Assembly (NCBI RefSeq): GCF_964188315.1
Contig: NC_135663.1
Coordinates: 49,910,001-49,974,000 of the forward strand
Direction: 5' to 3'
Length of the DNA stretch: 64,000 bases
Source: Podarcis muralis
Lineage: Eukaryota
Shown here in pieces: positions 1 to 10,350 of this stretch. The position numbers and the translations under genes were made by a program. The notes below the pieces were generated by a model. That model worked only from the letters and a program-made list of their open reading frames with translations, was not told the origin of the DNA and searched no databases. Positions within the stretch are counted from its first letter, which is position 1. Each line of letters starts with the position of its first letter.

Positions 1-1
1 A

Positions 2-1954
2 CTCTACCTGTGGAACGGCGATCTGGCACTTCTCCCTTTTTACCTTGAGCCCGGCCTCCTGGAACCTGGTCAGCACGGCACGGAGGCGCTCGAACAGCTG
101 CTGGTGTGAGTCTGCAGACACCAAGACGTCATCAAAATATGGTACCACGCCCGGAAACCCTTGCAGGAGACGCTCCATAAGGCCTTGGAAGATGCCAGGA
201 GCCACACTCACCCCGAACTGCAACCGGCGGCAACGGAATGCCCCCCGGTGGGTGACGATCGTCTGGGCTTCAGCAGTGGCATCATCGACTGGCAGTTGTT
301 GATAGGCTTGGGCAAGGTCCAGCTTAGCGAAGACCTTACCCTCACCCAGGGAATGCAGCAGGTGTTGGACAACAGGAACCGGATAAGCGTGCTGCTGAAG
401 TGCCTTGTTGATCGTGCACTTGTAGTCAGCGCAGATTCTCACCGACCCATCTGGCTTGACAGGCGTGACGATGGGGGTTTCCCACTTTGCGTGGTCAACC
501 GGCTCCAAAACTCCTTGGGCGATCAGTTTGTCCAGTTGTTCGTCCACCTTAGCCTTGAGAGCAAAGGGAACCCGGCGTGGCTTTAGCTTGATGGGGGCGA
601 CTTGTGGATCCAGGCTAAAGGAGATGGGCGTACCTGTATATTGGCCCAAGGTGCCGTCAAAAACCTCGGCAAAGTCTTTGACCAGACCCTCAGTCTCTGC
701 GTTAGAGATGCAGTTGATGCCGGTGACTTCCAGGCCGAGGGCATCAAACCAGTCTAGCCCTAGGAGGCTTGGCCGCTGACCTTCGACCACCACCAACCGG
801 AGCAGGCCCGAAAAATCCTTGAAGGCGATCCGGAACCGGCCAACGCCTACCACGGGAACGTCGTTTCCCTGGTAGTCTCTCAGGTGTACGCGGTGAGAGT
901 CGAGTTGCCTTTTGGACACTCTGGGTACCAGTCTTTTGATGGTGCTCCATGACACGATGGACAGGGCAGACCCGGTGTCGATCTCCATGTCACATGGAGC
1001 TCCTTCAATGAGCACCGTGACGTTCAGCTTGCGTCTCGTAGGCGAGTCGGTTTGGCCAATCGTGGTTCCAGACGGGCAGCGGCAGTTGGTGAGAGCGAAA
1101 CAACTTTCCTTGGCAGACTGGAGTGAAGACTTGGACTTGCGAGTCGATGAAGGGGGGGTGTCAGACGGAGCCGATCGGCAGACCTTAGCGATGTGGCCCC
1201 TTCTGGAACACCTCCTACAGATGGCGTCTCTGAATCGACACTTGGCACGGGAATGGTTGCCTCCGCAGCCAGCACATTCCGGTTGGCCCTTGGACTTCTG
1301 TTGGAACTTCCTGCGCTCCCGCTTTGTCTGGTGCACATCATCGTCTTCACTGGAGGATGCCTCCTCACTGCTGGCCTCTTCATGATGCACCGGAACGGGC
1401 TCCCTAGCAAGACGCAGGCTGCTGGACTTGCGGATCTCCTGAGCGGGGCGTTCAGCAGCTTCTGAGGCCACAGCCTCCTCAATGGCTTTCTGTAGCGTGA
1501 GGTCTGGCTTGGCTAGGAGACGCCGTTGCAGATGGATGTCCCGGACCCCGCAGACGATTCGATCCATCAGGGCATCGTCTAAGTCTCGGAACTCACAGTG
1601 CATTGCAGCCTGTCGCAGGGCGGTGGTGTAGTTGTTGATTGACTCCCCCTCTGCCTGGTTCCTGTGGTAGAACGCATGGCGGGCAGCAATCTTGGACGGC
1701 TTTGGTGCGTAGTGGTTGCGGAGCTTCTCTTGGATCGTGTCCCATGGTGATGCCTGGACTGCTTCAGGCGCAACCAACGCTCGGGCCGTCTCAAACACCT
1801 CAGGCCCACAGAGGCTGAGGAATAGGCCCCGCTTCCGATCCTGTGATACTGCTGTCAGTTCGTTGGCTTGGAGGTAGCAGTCGAACCGAGCGAGGTAGGA
1901 GTCCCATGATTCAGAGGCTGGCGCAAACGGCGGTAGAGGCACAAGTGAAGCCAT
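2..1954 (-). CDS. gag-pol polyprotein (partial, runs off window): Gag, two Zn knuckles, aspartic protease, reverse transcriptase
   Basis: ATG at 1954 (MASLVPLPPFAPASESWDSYLARFDCYL...). CAGCGGNHSRAKC...CRRCSRRGHIAKVC at 1276-1178, EIDTGSALS at 979-971, RT segment KPRRVPFALKAKVD...WETPIV...RICADYK...YPVP...KLDLAQAYQQL...YFDD (139-128). All motifs are in one frame. Its absence from the ORF track is consistent with no stop codon before position 1. Confidence 0.93.
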   Translation of the reverse strand, partial: MASLVPLPPFAPASESWDSYLARFDCYLQANELTAVSQDRKRGLFLSLCGPEVFETARALVAPEAVQASPWDTIQEKLRNHYAPKPSKIAARHAFYHRNQAEGESINNYTTALRQAAMHCEFRDLDDALMDRIVCGVRDIHLQRRLLAKPDLTLQKAIEEAVASEAAERPAQEIRKSSSLRLAREPVPVHHEEASSEEASSSEDDDVHQTKRERRKFQQKSKGQPECAGCGGNHSRAKCRFRDAICRRCSRRGHIAKVCRSAPSDTPPSSTRKSKSSLQSAKESCFALTNCRCPSGTTIGQTDSPTRRKLNVTVLIEGAPCDMEIDTGSALSIVSWSTIKRLVPRVSKRQLDSHRVHLRDYQGNDVPVVGVGRFRIAFKDFSGLLRLVVVEGQRPSLLGLDWFDALGLEVTGINCISNAETEGLVKDFAEVFDGTLGQYTGTPISFSLDPQVAPIKLKPRRVPFALKAKVDEQLDKLIAQGVLEPVDHAKWETPIVTPVKPDGSVRICADYKCTINKALQQHAYPVPVVQHLLHSLGEGKVFAKLDLAQAYQQLPVDDATAEAQTIVTHRGAFRCRRLQFGVSVAPGIFQGLMERLLQGFPGVVPYFDDVLVSADSHQQLFERLRAVLTRFQEAGLKVKREKCQIAVPQVE

Positions 1955-2033
1955 GATTCCGATGCCGGCGTGAAGGGCGATGGATGGAACACAGTGCTCT
2001 AGCCAGAACAGTCAGCTCTGAACTGGTTCTGCC

Positions 2034-2085
2034 CAGTGATTTCGCTCAGTGATTTCGCTCTGTGATTCAGCTCAGTGATTCAGCT
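2034..2085. repeat. Four 13-bp tandem repeats in the gypsy 5' leader
   Basis: CAGTGATTTCGCT x2, CTGTGATTCAGCT, CAGTGATTCAGCT. Confidence 0.85.
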
Positions 2086-2130
2086 CAGTTCAGAGGCTGG
2101 CCGCATCTGGCTGTGCTCTGATGTCCATCT

Positions 2131-2148
2131 ATCCCACCTTCGTCGCCA
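2131..2148 (-). promoter_or_regulatory. Primer-binding site complementary to the 3' end of tRNA-Ser(GCU)
   Basis: Minus strand TGGCGACGAAGGTGGGAT, 1 nt from the LTR end. It matches the ...AUCCCACCUUCGUCG-CCA type 3' end of vertebrate tRNA-Ser(GCU), recalled rather than searched. Confidence 0.8.
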
Positions 2149-2149
2149 G

Positions 2150-2414
2150 TGTTAAGTCGTGGGTTGACATAGCAGCCGGCACAGCGATCTCTTCAAGTAG
2201 CTCTTTATTATGGTAAGCTGGAATAGAACTGACAGTGAACAGCTCAGCCGGCCTGTATTTATAGGCAGCCGGCTGTCGCATTGTAACCACAACAGCTCAG
2301 AGTTCCCGCCTAAAATAACTGCCGCGGACCTGAGTGAAAACTATCTACAGACCTGAGTGAAAACTATATACAGTATCCCCCTGTTGGCCCAGGGTGAAAC
2401 TACACTACATAACA
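2150..2414 (-). repeat. 5' LTR (265 bp) of the gypsy element
   Basis: Ends TGTTAAGT / ACATAACA form an imperfect terminal inverted repeat. Minus-strand TATAAATA (2256-2263) and AATAAA (2204-2209). Internal 23-bp tandem duplication at 2327-2372. Confidence 0.88.
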
Positions 2415-3080
2415 GATGTTTTCCGTGGGGATGCGTCTCGGGGCGACTGCAAAGTTGAAACCTTTGGAGAGTACTTTGGTTTCAGTTGAGGTGAGGATCC
2501 TGTCTGATATGTTATGTACTGTTTGTTTCATGGGTTGTTGTGGAGGGTGGCTGGGCTTCTGGCATTTCTCTAGTTTGTGGAGTTTGTTGGTGTGTGTGTC
2601 TGTCTTATGTGAGGTCTCTGTTTCAGCTCTCCAGACGGCTAGTTGTTTGCATTTGTCCCAGAGTGCAGGGTGGATTTTGTTACAGAGTTTGAGGTGAAGA
2701 GTGAGCATATCTTTGTTGGTTTGGTTTAGTAGGTATCTTTTCTTGTGTAGTTCGTTTCTGATTAGGGATAGTTCAGTTCGTTTCAGGATCCTTTCGGTAG
2801 CTGGGGTTTTGGAGTGGAATTTAAGTTGGAAGCATGTGGGAATTAAGTTGTTGTCTCGGCAGTTGCGTAGGAACAAGAGATCACATAAGATGGTGGCTCT
2901 TCGGATTTCTAGTTTCTCGTAGGTTCTTGTCAGCTGGAAGGTTTCCTCCCCGTAGAGGTGAGATATTTGCTTTCGTAGATTTTCACGGGTACAGGAATGC
3001 AGGTTTTGGTGTCCTCGGGTGTCTTCCCGTGTAAAAGATGGGGTGTCTAGGCGACGTTTCGACGAGGTCTCACTCGTCAT
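2415..3080 (-). pseudogene. Penelope-like ORF N-terminus (pre-RT region), truncated by the LTR insertion
   Basis: LFLRNCRDNNLIPTCFQLK and VHNISDRILTSTETKVLSKGFNFAVAPRRIPTENI are typical PLE N-terminal motifs. The frame enters the LTR at 2414. Confidence 0.78.
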
Positions 3081-3093
3081 CTTCAGGCTGGTG
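3045..3093 (-). ncRNA. Minimal type-I hammerhead ribozyme motif (PLE type)
   Basis: Minus strand CAGC-CUGAAGA-U-GACGAG(UGAGAC)CUCGUC-GAAA-C-GUC-GCC: core, perfect 6-bp stem II and GUC triplet. Stem III has no loop and stem I is only 2-3 bp. Confidence 0.65.
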
Positions 3094-3230
3094 CTTTCGG
3101 CTTCTTGTTACTGGAACAGAGCAGGATCTCAGTGTTTGAGTTCCTATAAATACTGTTGAGGTATGTTCTCTCTGCCCAGAACATTGGAGGCTATACAACA
3201 CACCTCCTCAACAGTATTTATAGGAACTCA

Positions 3231-3808
3231 TTGTTAATCCAGGAGGATTGCTCTTTCAGGGCTCTGCCAGCACCATCGATCTCTGGCACTGAATGTGTTG
3301 GCCTGGTGTGGGGCACCAAGGAGAGCTTGGCTGTCTGGCTGGTGTACCAAACATCAAGCACACTGGCGGCCACCCTGTCAGGCCTGCTGGAGGTGGTGGC
3401 AGGCTGGGCCTTGGAGTTCCCTAACCTATTGGTTCTTGGGGACTTCAGCGTTCATGACGATGCCATCCCCTCCTCTCAGGCTCTGGACCTGGTGTCTTCC
3501 ATGGTGACATTAGGGCTCTCCCAGTTTGTTTTGGGTCCCACACATCAAGCAGGCCACACGCTGGATGTGATCTTTGGGGCAGGTATAGATGTGATCATGT
3601 CCCCCCTTGTGGAAGTGCCATGGTCTGATCACTATGCTCTGAAAGCCAGGATTGACTTCCCACCCCTGCCCCCCACTTGGGTGGCGAACCTATTTGGGCT
3701 TGCCCGCAGAGGCTGATGGATCCTGATGGATTTCATCAGGCCTTGCGGGACCCTGCTCCCCCTGGTGGCTCACTAGATGAGCTTGTCGAGAACTGGAATA
3801 ACCGGCTC
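3231..3808 (+). mobile_element. L2-clade LINE fragment (APE endonuclease region), frameshifted near 3670
   Basis: LVYQ...LLVLGDFSVH...GPTHQAGHTLDVIFG...PWSDHYAL followed in another frame by GGEPI...RLMDPDGF. Confidence 0.85.
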
Positions 3809-4752
3809 TGCCTAAAATCACTGTTTCAGGTTTTTCTAGTGATGATGGAATCCCCTCACCAGCATTGTTCCTTTCCCTGGGCAGAGAGAAACCTACATGC
3901 CATCCTAAGTTTCCAAATGTAATGCCAGATTCACCAATGGCCAATAGTATTTTTATTGAAGGCGTTTTCACACACATTTTCACACATAAGAAGAACTTGC
4001 AGGATATCACTGCATCAGGGGGGCAAATCTGGATACTATTGGCTGTAACACATGTCAAAATACTTGCAAAAAGATTTTCGGATGCCTTGATAACTTCCTG
4101 TTTTGTACTATGTGTCTTACAGAATTCCTCTGTGCCCCACCGGAATACCTTTTGTCATAAGCAGAAAACACAGGAAGTGCTCCAAACAGGAAGAGGTAGG
4201 ACAAAACTTTCCATCTGTTAAATTGTTACAAGGCCCATTGTTTTTAGTAACTGTGGTCAAGACAGTACTGTACTAGAAAACCGTAGCACACCATTTTGGC
4301 TTTGTTTACAACTATTTGTCTACCATCCTTTACTAGTCTTACAACTTGATTTTCATTTTTAAAATATTTTTTTTAAATATTTTACTTTTTTCTATCATTT
4401 TAAAAAGATGTAATATGTTTAGGTTTTCATTTTTTTAAAATAACCATCATTTGCAGAATTTCCTTGCTCACATTCCTTTAGACTGCACCAGTCTGGTACT
4501 GGAGTAAAATGTACCTCAAAATGTATCAGCAAGTAAATAATAATAATTAAATCATGTCAACACTGAGACTTTATGTTCTCCAGTAAAACAGTTTTGTTAC
4601 ATGCAAGTCATTTGGGTGAACAACACCCACAAGGTAAAGTACAAAAACCTAGGCAGTATGTGCAGTCTAAATTGACCTGACAGTTTTTAAAACATGAAAA
4701 TATATTGCTGAAGTATAGAAGTGCAATAATAGTGAGTTATGGGAACAAGAAG

Positions 4753-5005
4753 AGAGCCAGTGTGGTGTAGTGGTTAAGAGCAGTGGGCTCATAATCTGGT
4801 GAACCGGGTTTGCGTCCCTGCTCCTCCACATGCAGCTGCTGGGTGACTTTGGGCTAGTTACACTTCTCTGAAGTCTCTCAGCCTCACTCACCTCACAGAG
4901 TGTTTGTTGTGGGGGAGGAAGGGAAAGGAGATTGTTAGCCACTTTGAGACTCCTTAGGGTAGTGATAAAGCGGGATATCAAATCCAAACTCTTATTCTTA
5001 TTCTT
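4753..5005 (+). mobile_element. Squam3-type (MIR/Ther1-related) tRNA-head SINE
   Basis: Head AGAGCCAGTGTGGTGTAGTGGTTAAGA with A box and degenerate B box (GGTTTGCGTCC), core GCTGGGTGACTTTGGGCTAGT, L2-like tail ending (TTATTC)n. Confidence 0.8.
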
Positions 5006-5143
5006 AAATCTCATGGGCTTAGCAGCCATATCACATGTACTTGAGCAGCTATGTACAATCAACACATTTCACAAATGGATTAATTGTAGGACATAAAACA
5101 CATTGTTGCTGTGATTTTCTGATATTGTATCAAACATATAGAT

Positions 5144-5517
5144 CAGGGGTCCCCAAGCTAGGGCCTGCGAGCCGGATAAGGCCCAAGGGACTTGTTTATC
5201 CGGCCCACAGTGACCCCCATTGCCCACTGAGGCCGCCTGCTCTTACCAGCGCTGCACTGCGCAGCTGCCCACTTCCGGGTCAGAGGAGCAGTGGAAATAG
5301 CTTGTGTGCATGCGCAAGCGTTATTTCTGGTGCACATCCGGGTCGGGGGAGGCTCATGCACATGCACACAAGCTATTTCCGGTGTTCCTCCAACCCGGAA
5401 GTGCGCCAGAAATAGTGTGTGCGCGCACATATGGGCACACACTCCTCGCGCTACGGCCTGCCGCGTGATCGGTGCTGGAGACACCGGCCTGAGGCGCAGT
5501 AAGTTTGCTGACCCCTG
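5144..5517. mobile_element. hAT non-autonomous MITE (Charlie-type)
   Basis: TIRs CAGGGGTCCCCAAGCT / AGTTTGCTGACCCCTG and an 8-bp TSD atatagat/gtatagat (7/8). Confidence 0.85.
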
Positions 5518-6554
5518 GTATAGATGACTCTTCCCTTTTTCTTGGTGCTAACAGTGACAATCCCTACCAATGGCTCTGTGTCTAGACTCACCCAGAATTT
5601 GATCAACTTCAGTCCTAGTTCTACTAGGAAGAGAAATATATTTTGGAACATGCACGTCATTGTGGGTAATTCAGTATGGGCATTTAAGCAGATATTGCCT
5701 ACCATATTTGAAAATGCAGACCCAATTGACCACTGTTCACACATTCTGAAGTGTATATAAGGACCAGTTCACCAGCTCATCCACACCACCCTGAGCTTTA
5801 TTAAAATGAAGAATGTTTTCTGAGTTGAAAGTTTAGTCTGAGATCTCTGTATCATTATGCATTGAAGGAACAAGAATCACTGCCCTTCCTTTCTTTGGAA
5901 ACTCACGTGTGAAATCTTAAAAACCAAAAATGTTGCTGTGGACATTTCTGGTTTGTGGTCAAGAAACTGCAATTGGATTTCTGTTTTTATGGTTTTTCCC
6001 CGATCTGCCAACTAGCATCCGGTTTGTCATAGGTAATCCATTGGTCAGTAGTGGAGAACTTATCAGTTATATTTCATCCATGTGTTGTTACATTTCTCAG
6101 CCTCTGTCTGGTCTTTGCATGCTCTTTCTTCCTCAGATATATATATGTATCATAAAAAATGGTGTTTTGAAATTGCAATGTAGTCAGAATTTTATGCCAT
6201 ATGTCCATGTTTGAATGGAATATGCTGCCTCATTGGCCATCCTCCTTTGAATAGCACTAATTGCTCATCAGTTGTAGTATTCTCAAATGGCACAAAACAC
6301 AGTAGAAGTTTGTTAGCAAACATATCCCAAAGGTCACACATAGGGGCAAGTTGGTCTCTTCCATTGGTGATTCATACTGAAGCTGAATCTTAGGGATTCT
6401 TTTGAAGGAGGCTAGTGACATTGTGCTCCAGACATGTTGGGGGAAAGTCTCAACAAATTTTGCAGAAGAGGGGTCATCTAAAAGAGTTGTCATACTCTTG
6501 GGCTGGGATGTTGGGTTTTTTGGGGGGGAGGGATTGTTGTTGTTATGGATATTA

Positions 6555-6716
6555 ATGTTGTTCAGTCTGGTTGTGTATTTATTGATATTTTATTTATTGA
6601 TGTTTGATTTATTGTTTATTACTACTTTTGTTATGTGATAATTATGTATTTTTTCATGTTGTAAGCCACCTTGAGCATGGTTTGAACTATGGAAAGGTGG
6701 CATATAAATAAAATGA
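6555..6716 (+). mobile_element. L2/CR1-type LINE 3' tail fragment
   Basis: T-rich tract followed by TTGTAAGCCACCTTGAG...GGAAAGGTGGCATATAAATAAAATGATG. Confidence 0.6.
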
Positions 6717-9589
6717 TGTGTGTATGTGTGTATATAGTGTGTATGCAGGTTGCTTGCAAACATGTGCAGATCAGCTGAGATTCGAATGACCCCAAAAGCC
6801 AGAATAGTATGTTTTGTGTAAAACAATGGCTAAGATGAAAAACCATTTTGCTGGGTCACAGGTAAGGATCTAACTGGTGGGATATGTTACAATAATTCAG
6901 GTTTGTCAAGGAGTTTCACATGATGCTAAGGGAAGTAGTGATCTGTCTATTATGAAAAAGCACCTGTTGCTATTATGAGTAACTAATAACTTTAAACAGC
7001 ATTTTTGATCACTTTTTGCCCCTAGCACCCAGTAGAATAGTGGCAAAATTAGAAGTGCAGGGCCCCTTCATGATAGTCACAGTCATACTGCCTTCCAAAA
7101 TTATACAATAATCTTTTAGTTATGCAGATCTCCATGTGTTTCATAGATCTACTATTTTCTGTGCATGTACATCAGCGAATTATTTGCAATGTTGTGTTTT
7201 CCTTGAAGTTGTATGTAACAAAACTTGCATACTATTCTCCTGAGACTGAAGCCCCTTGTGTTTTCAGTATGCCTAAATGCTTCACTTTAGAACATACAAA
7301 ACTCCTCCTCTGCAGTGTTATTTCTGTGCTCCTTCTGCAGAGTGACCCTAGAAGCCAATTCTCAGTAGCTGACTCACCTCCTTTAACACTGGCTCCAATC
7401 AGCACAAAGAGTGAGAAGATTTCTCAGTGGCTAAAAAACTCCCCTTTCACGGTGCTCAGGTGGCTCAAGGATGCTGGAGGCTGGGACCTTACATAAGAAA
7501 GCTTTGCTAGCAACTTTTCCTCAGCCCTTCTGAAAAGGGTAGAATTTGAGCTTTCAGTAAATTAATGAGGCAGGCAAATGTCAATTTACAGATTGTTGAT
7601 GATTATCTGGAATAGGGAGTCATGGAAGACTGACAAAAAAGTTTCATTCCCCCCCCCCAAACTGTCATTGGTGTATTTGACCCCCAGTAAAGAGATTTAA
7701 AAGATAATAAATGAACATCTGGTGATGTGCTGTAAGGCAGAGAATTGAATGAAGCTGGGGGGAAATTGATATTACCGCCTAGGAATTTTCAGGGTCAAGC
7801 TAGACATGAAAGCAGCAGATCTGCTACATTTTTAAGGGCTAAATAAAGCTCCTGATACACCCTTTTGAGGACAGGGTATAGTTTTAACCCTTTCTCCATA
7901 CCATTTCACTCATCTGAGTCCCCCCAGCTTCAAAACAGCAGCATTTATAACATGGAGGGAAATATAGGAGGGTCCCTGTATGTTTTGGCCCAAGAGGCAA
8001 ATAGTTCCAGCAGGGTGATTTGGATTAGGAAGCTGGCATGGTGAGAAAGAATTCTCCCATGGCTCTGATCTGAATCAAGGCTCAGCGCGGCTCCATTTAA
8101 TTTTTTTTTAAACCACAAGATATCTACTTAAATATCTCTGTTGTCTTTTCCAGTCGTACCGAGTCTAGTACCTAAAATGTCATATTAGTTGCTAGGAATT
8201 TGAAATATTTTTCCACCCTCAAGACTAGATTAGATTACTCTTTGGGTTCCTTCCAACCCTTATAAGACTGTCTAGAGCTAAATTTTGAGTTTGATACATT
8301 CACTTTTTTCTGTTTGTTGGAGTCAAACTATTACCATTTATCCCACTTGCCCACACCATTTCTTTCTTCCCTTTATCTAGTCTATGTATACACTTTCCCC
8401 CCCCTCTTTGTTCCACAACCTTTTAATGTAGACAATGAAGGAGACAAAATGCAAAAACAGAACAAATTAACGTACTAAACTTCATGATTTTATGAAGATC
8501 CATATTGTACCATGCTTTATCACAGCTGATATAAAGTGGGACCCTGCTGGATTGCAAAATCTTAATGCATATGGTATATATTAAAACACTGCAACTTTCT
8601 CAGTATCCACAATCCTAAAATTAAAAAGCCACTGAGTTATGATTATGTGTACTGTCCATGACTTTGAAGTATTTTATTTTTTAGCAATCTGGTGATCAGC
8701 AGGTCTTGATTATTTTGAACAGCATTTATGTAGCAACCATGGAGACTTGCAGTTGTACATGGTTAAACGCCCCTCGGCTATACCTCAATGAGTTTTCTCA
8801 ATAGTAGCCAAGATTCCATAAATTCAGAGCTCATGAACCTTGAAAAAAGGATAAATGGGATTTGGTGAGACTAACATAGCAGCCACTTTTACCTTTAAAA
8901 TGAAAAAGTGTGAGGGATTCATTTAAACTGGTTTTTGGGATTTACTAACTCAAAAATGAATTGTACTAGGAAGCTTTAAAAACTGAGGGCATATAGGGGT
9001 TATACATTCTTGTTATTTTCTGAGCATTAGTATGCAGAAATATATCATTTAGGGAATAAAAAAAAAATCAGAGTTTATTGAGATGTAGCCCTCCCAACTC
9101 TTTCTTCTTTCATCCCCTTTCCTTTAACGCAGTGGCACACCACACATCCAAACTAGCAAACAATGGCCAGTGCAAGTAATAGTTTGTTGCATCTAGATAA
9201 AACAGCAAATTATGTGTCAAAAATATGTGCACTTGCATGGAGCTTCAAGAGAGGTGGCATGGTAGCCCCATCAAGAGCATGTGGCTAAAATTAGAAAAAG
9301 AAATAAAAACAACAGGGTTATATTGTAAACTGCCCTGTGATCTTCAGATGAATGTATAGAAATGTAATAAATAATAATAAATTGATCATCATAAAGGGAG
9401 AATCCAGTCAGCTGGACTTTGATAGCTAGGAAGACAATAAAATCTATGGTATTCTAATTTGTAATCATCTTGATAACAATGCCAATTTGTAATTGTCTTG
9501 ATAACAAGCCAGTGATTAGCAGAAACCATTGTCAAGAATGAGTCCTGCCAGTCTAATATTATTTAAAAAAAATGTTGATGGTGATAATT

Positions 9590-10350
9590 TAAACTTTTTA
9601 ATTGCCTTTTACAAATCATCTCAAGGTGAGGTACAAGGTTGCATATGATAATGATAATGTAAAAATACACAGAAAAAGTCAGAGATTAAAACAGAATAAA
9701 AAGCATCCATTCTAATGATTACATCAATAAGTCATTATACAGTCAAGCAACAGACCACCTTCTTCCCAGAAAGCATGGCATGGTCACATACAATATGAAA
9801 TAATCCCAAAGAAACAACCACCAACATTCAAATACATGAGAGTAAATAAGTGTTTTCACCCAGTGCCAAAATTATATCAGAGTCGGCACAAAGTGAATGT
9901 CCCTCAGGAGAGCTTCTTTGTAACTGCCATCCAAGCTGGCAATGGGACAGCATCCTTCACCACACCTGAGGGAAGCAAGCTAGTTTAGATGATACAATCC
10001 AGGTCATGTGGCACACATGCCTCTGTCATGCAACAGAGGAGAGTTGGGGCTGGGGCTCAGAAGGAATGGTGGCTGCTTCTGTTGCCCACCCTCATCTACT
10101 GCTTGAACTGGCTCATTATGACATGCTAGAGCCTACTCTGCCAATCCATCTTCAAAGGCATCCCCACTGCAGCATGAGGTTTCCAGGGCATATACCACTG
10201 AATCCAGGATATATGGGCATAGGTGAGCCATTATCCAAAGCTGTTAGAAAGCACTCCAAGTCAAGGAGACCATGTAGTAGATCCATGAGTACTCTGGACC
10301 ATGAAGCTGATCCTTTAAGGGGAGTGTGACCCAACCCAAACTGGCAGAAT
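9590..10350 (-). mobile_element. Degenerate L2 LINE 3' portion
   Basis: Minus-strand 3' end motif near 9600-9640 and decayed C-terminal RT-like peptide remnants near 10150-10350. Boundaries approximate. Confidence 0.5.

Larger units (their letters stand above)
1..2414 (-). mobile_element. Ty3/gypsy LTR retrotransposon, Mag-type clade; 5' LTR, PBS and gag-pol, with the 3' part beyond the left window edge
   Basis: LTR with TG...CA ends (2150-2414), tRNA primer-binding site (2131-2148), and a minus-strand reading frame with gag, two Zn knuckles, DTG protease and YFDD reverse transcriptase. Confidence 0.95.
2415..3230 (-). mobile_element. Penelope-like element (PLE), 5' portion, interrupted by the gypsy LTR
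   Basis: N-terminal PLE ORF, a hammerhead-type motif at 3045-3093, and a terminal 25-bp inverted repeat (3137-3161 / 3206-3230). Confidence 0.8.

Noticed and set aside
161-1465. Plus-strand ORFs 161-586, 456-779, 912-1385 and 1193-1465
   Set aside because: Antisense shadows of the GC-rich gypsy gag-pol, with no recognisable domains.
3156-3716. 186-aa ORF as a host gene
   Set aside because: A chimera of the PLE terminal inversion and a frameshifted L2 endonuclease fragment.
4753-4830. tRNA-like heads of the Squam3 and Sauria SINEs as tRNA genes
   Set aside because: No complete cloverleaf. They continue into SINE bodies with tails and TSDs.
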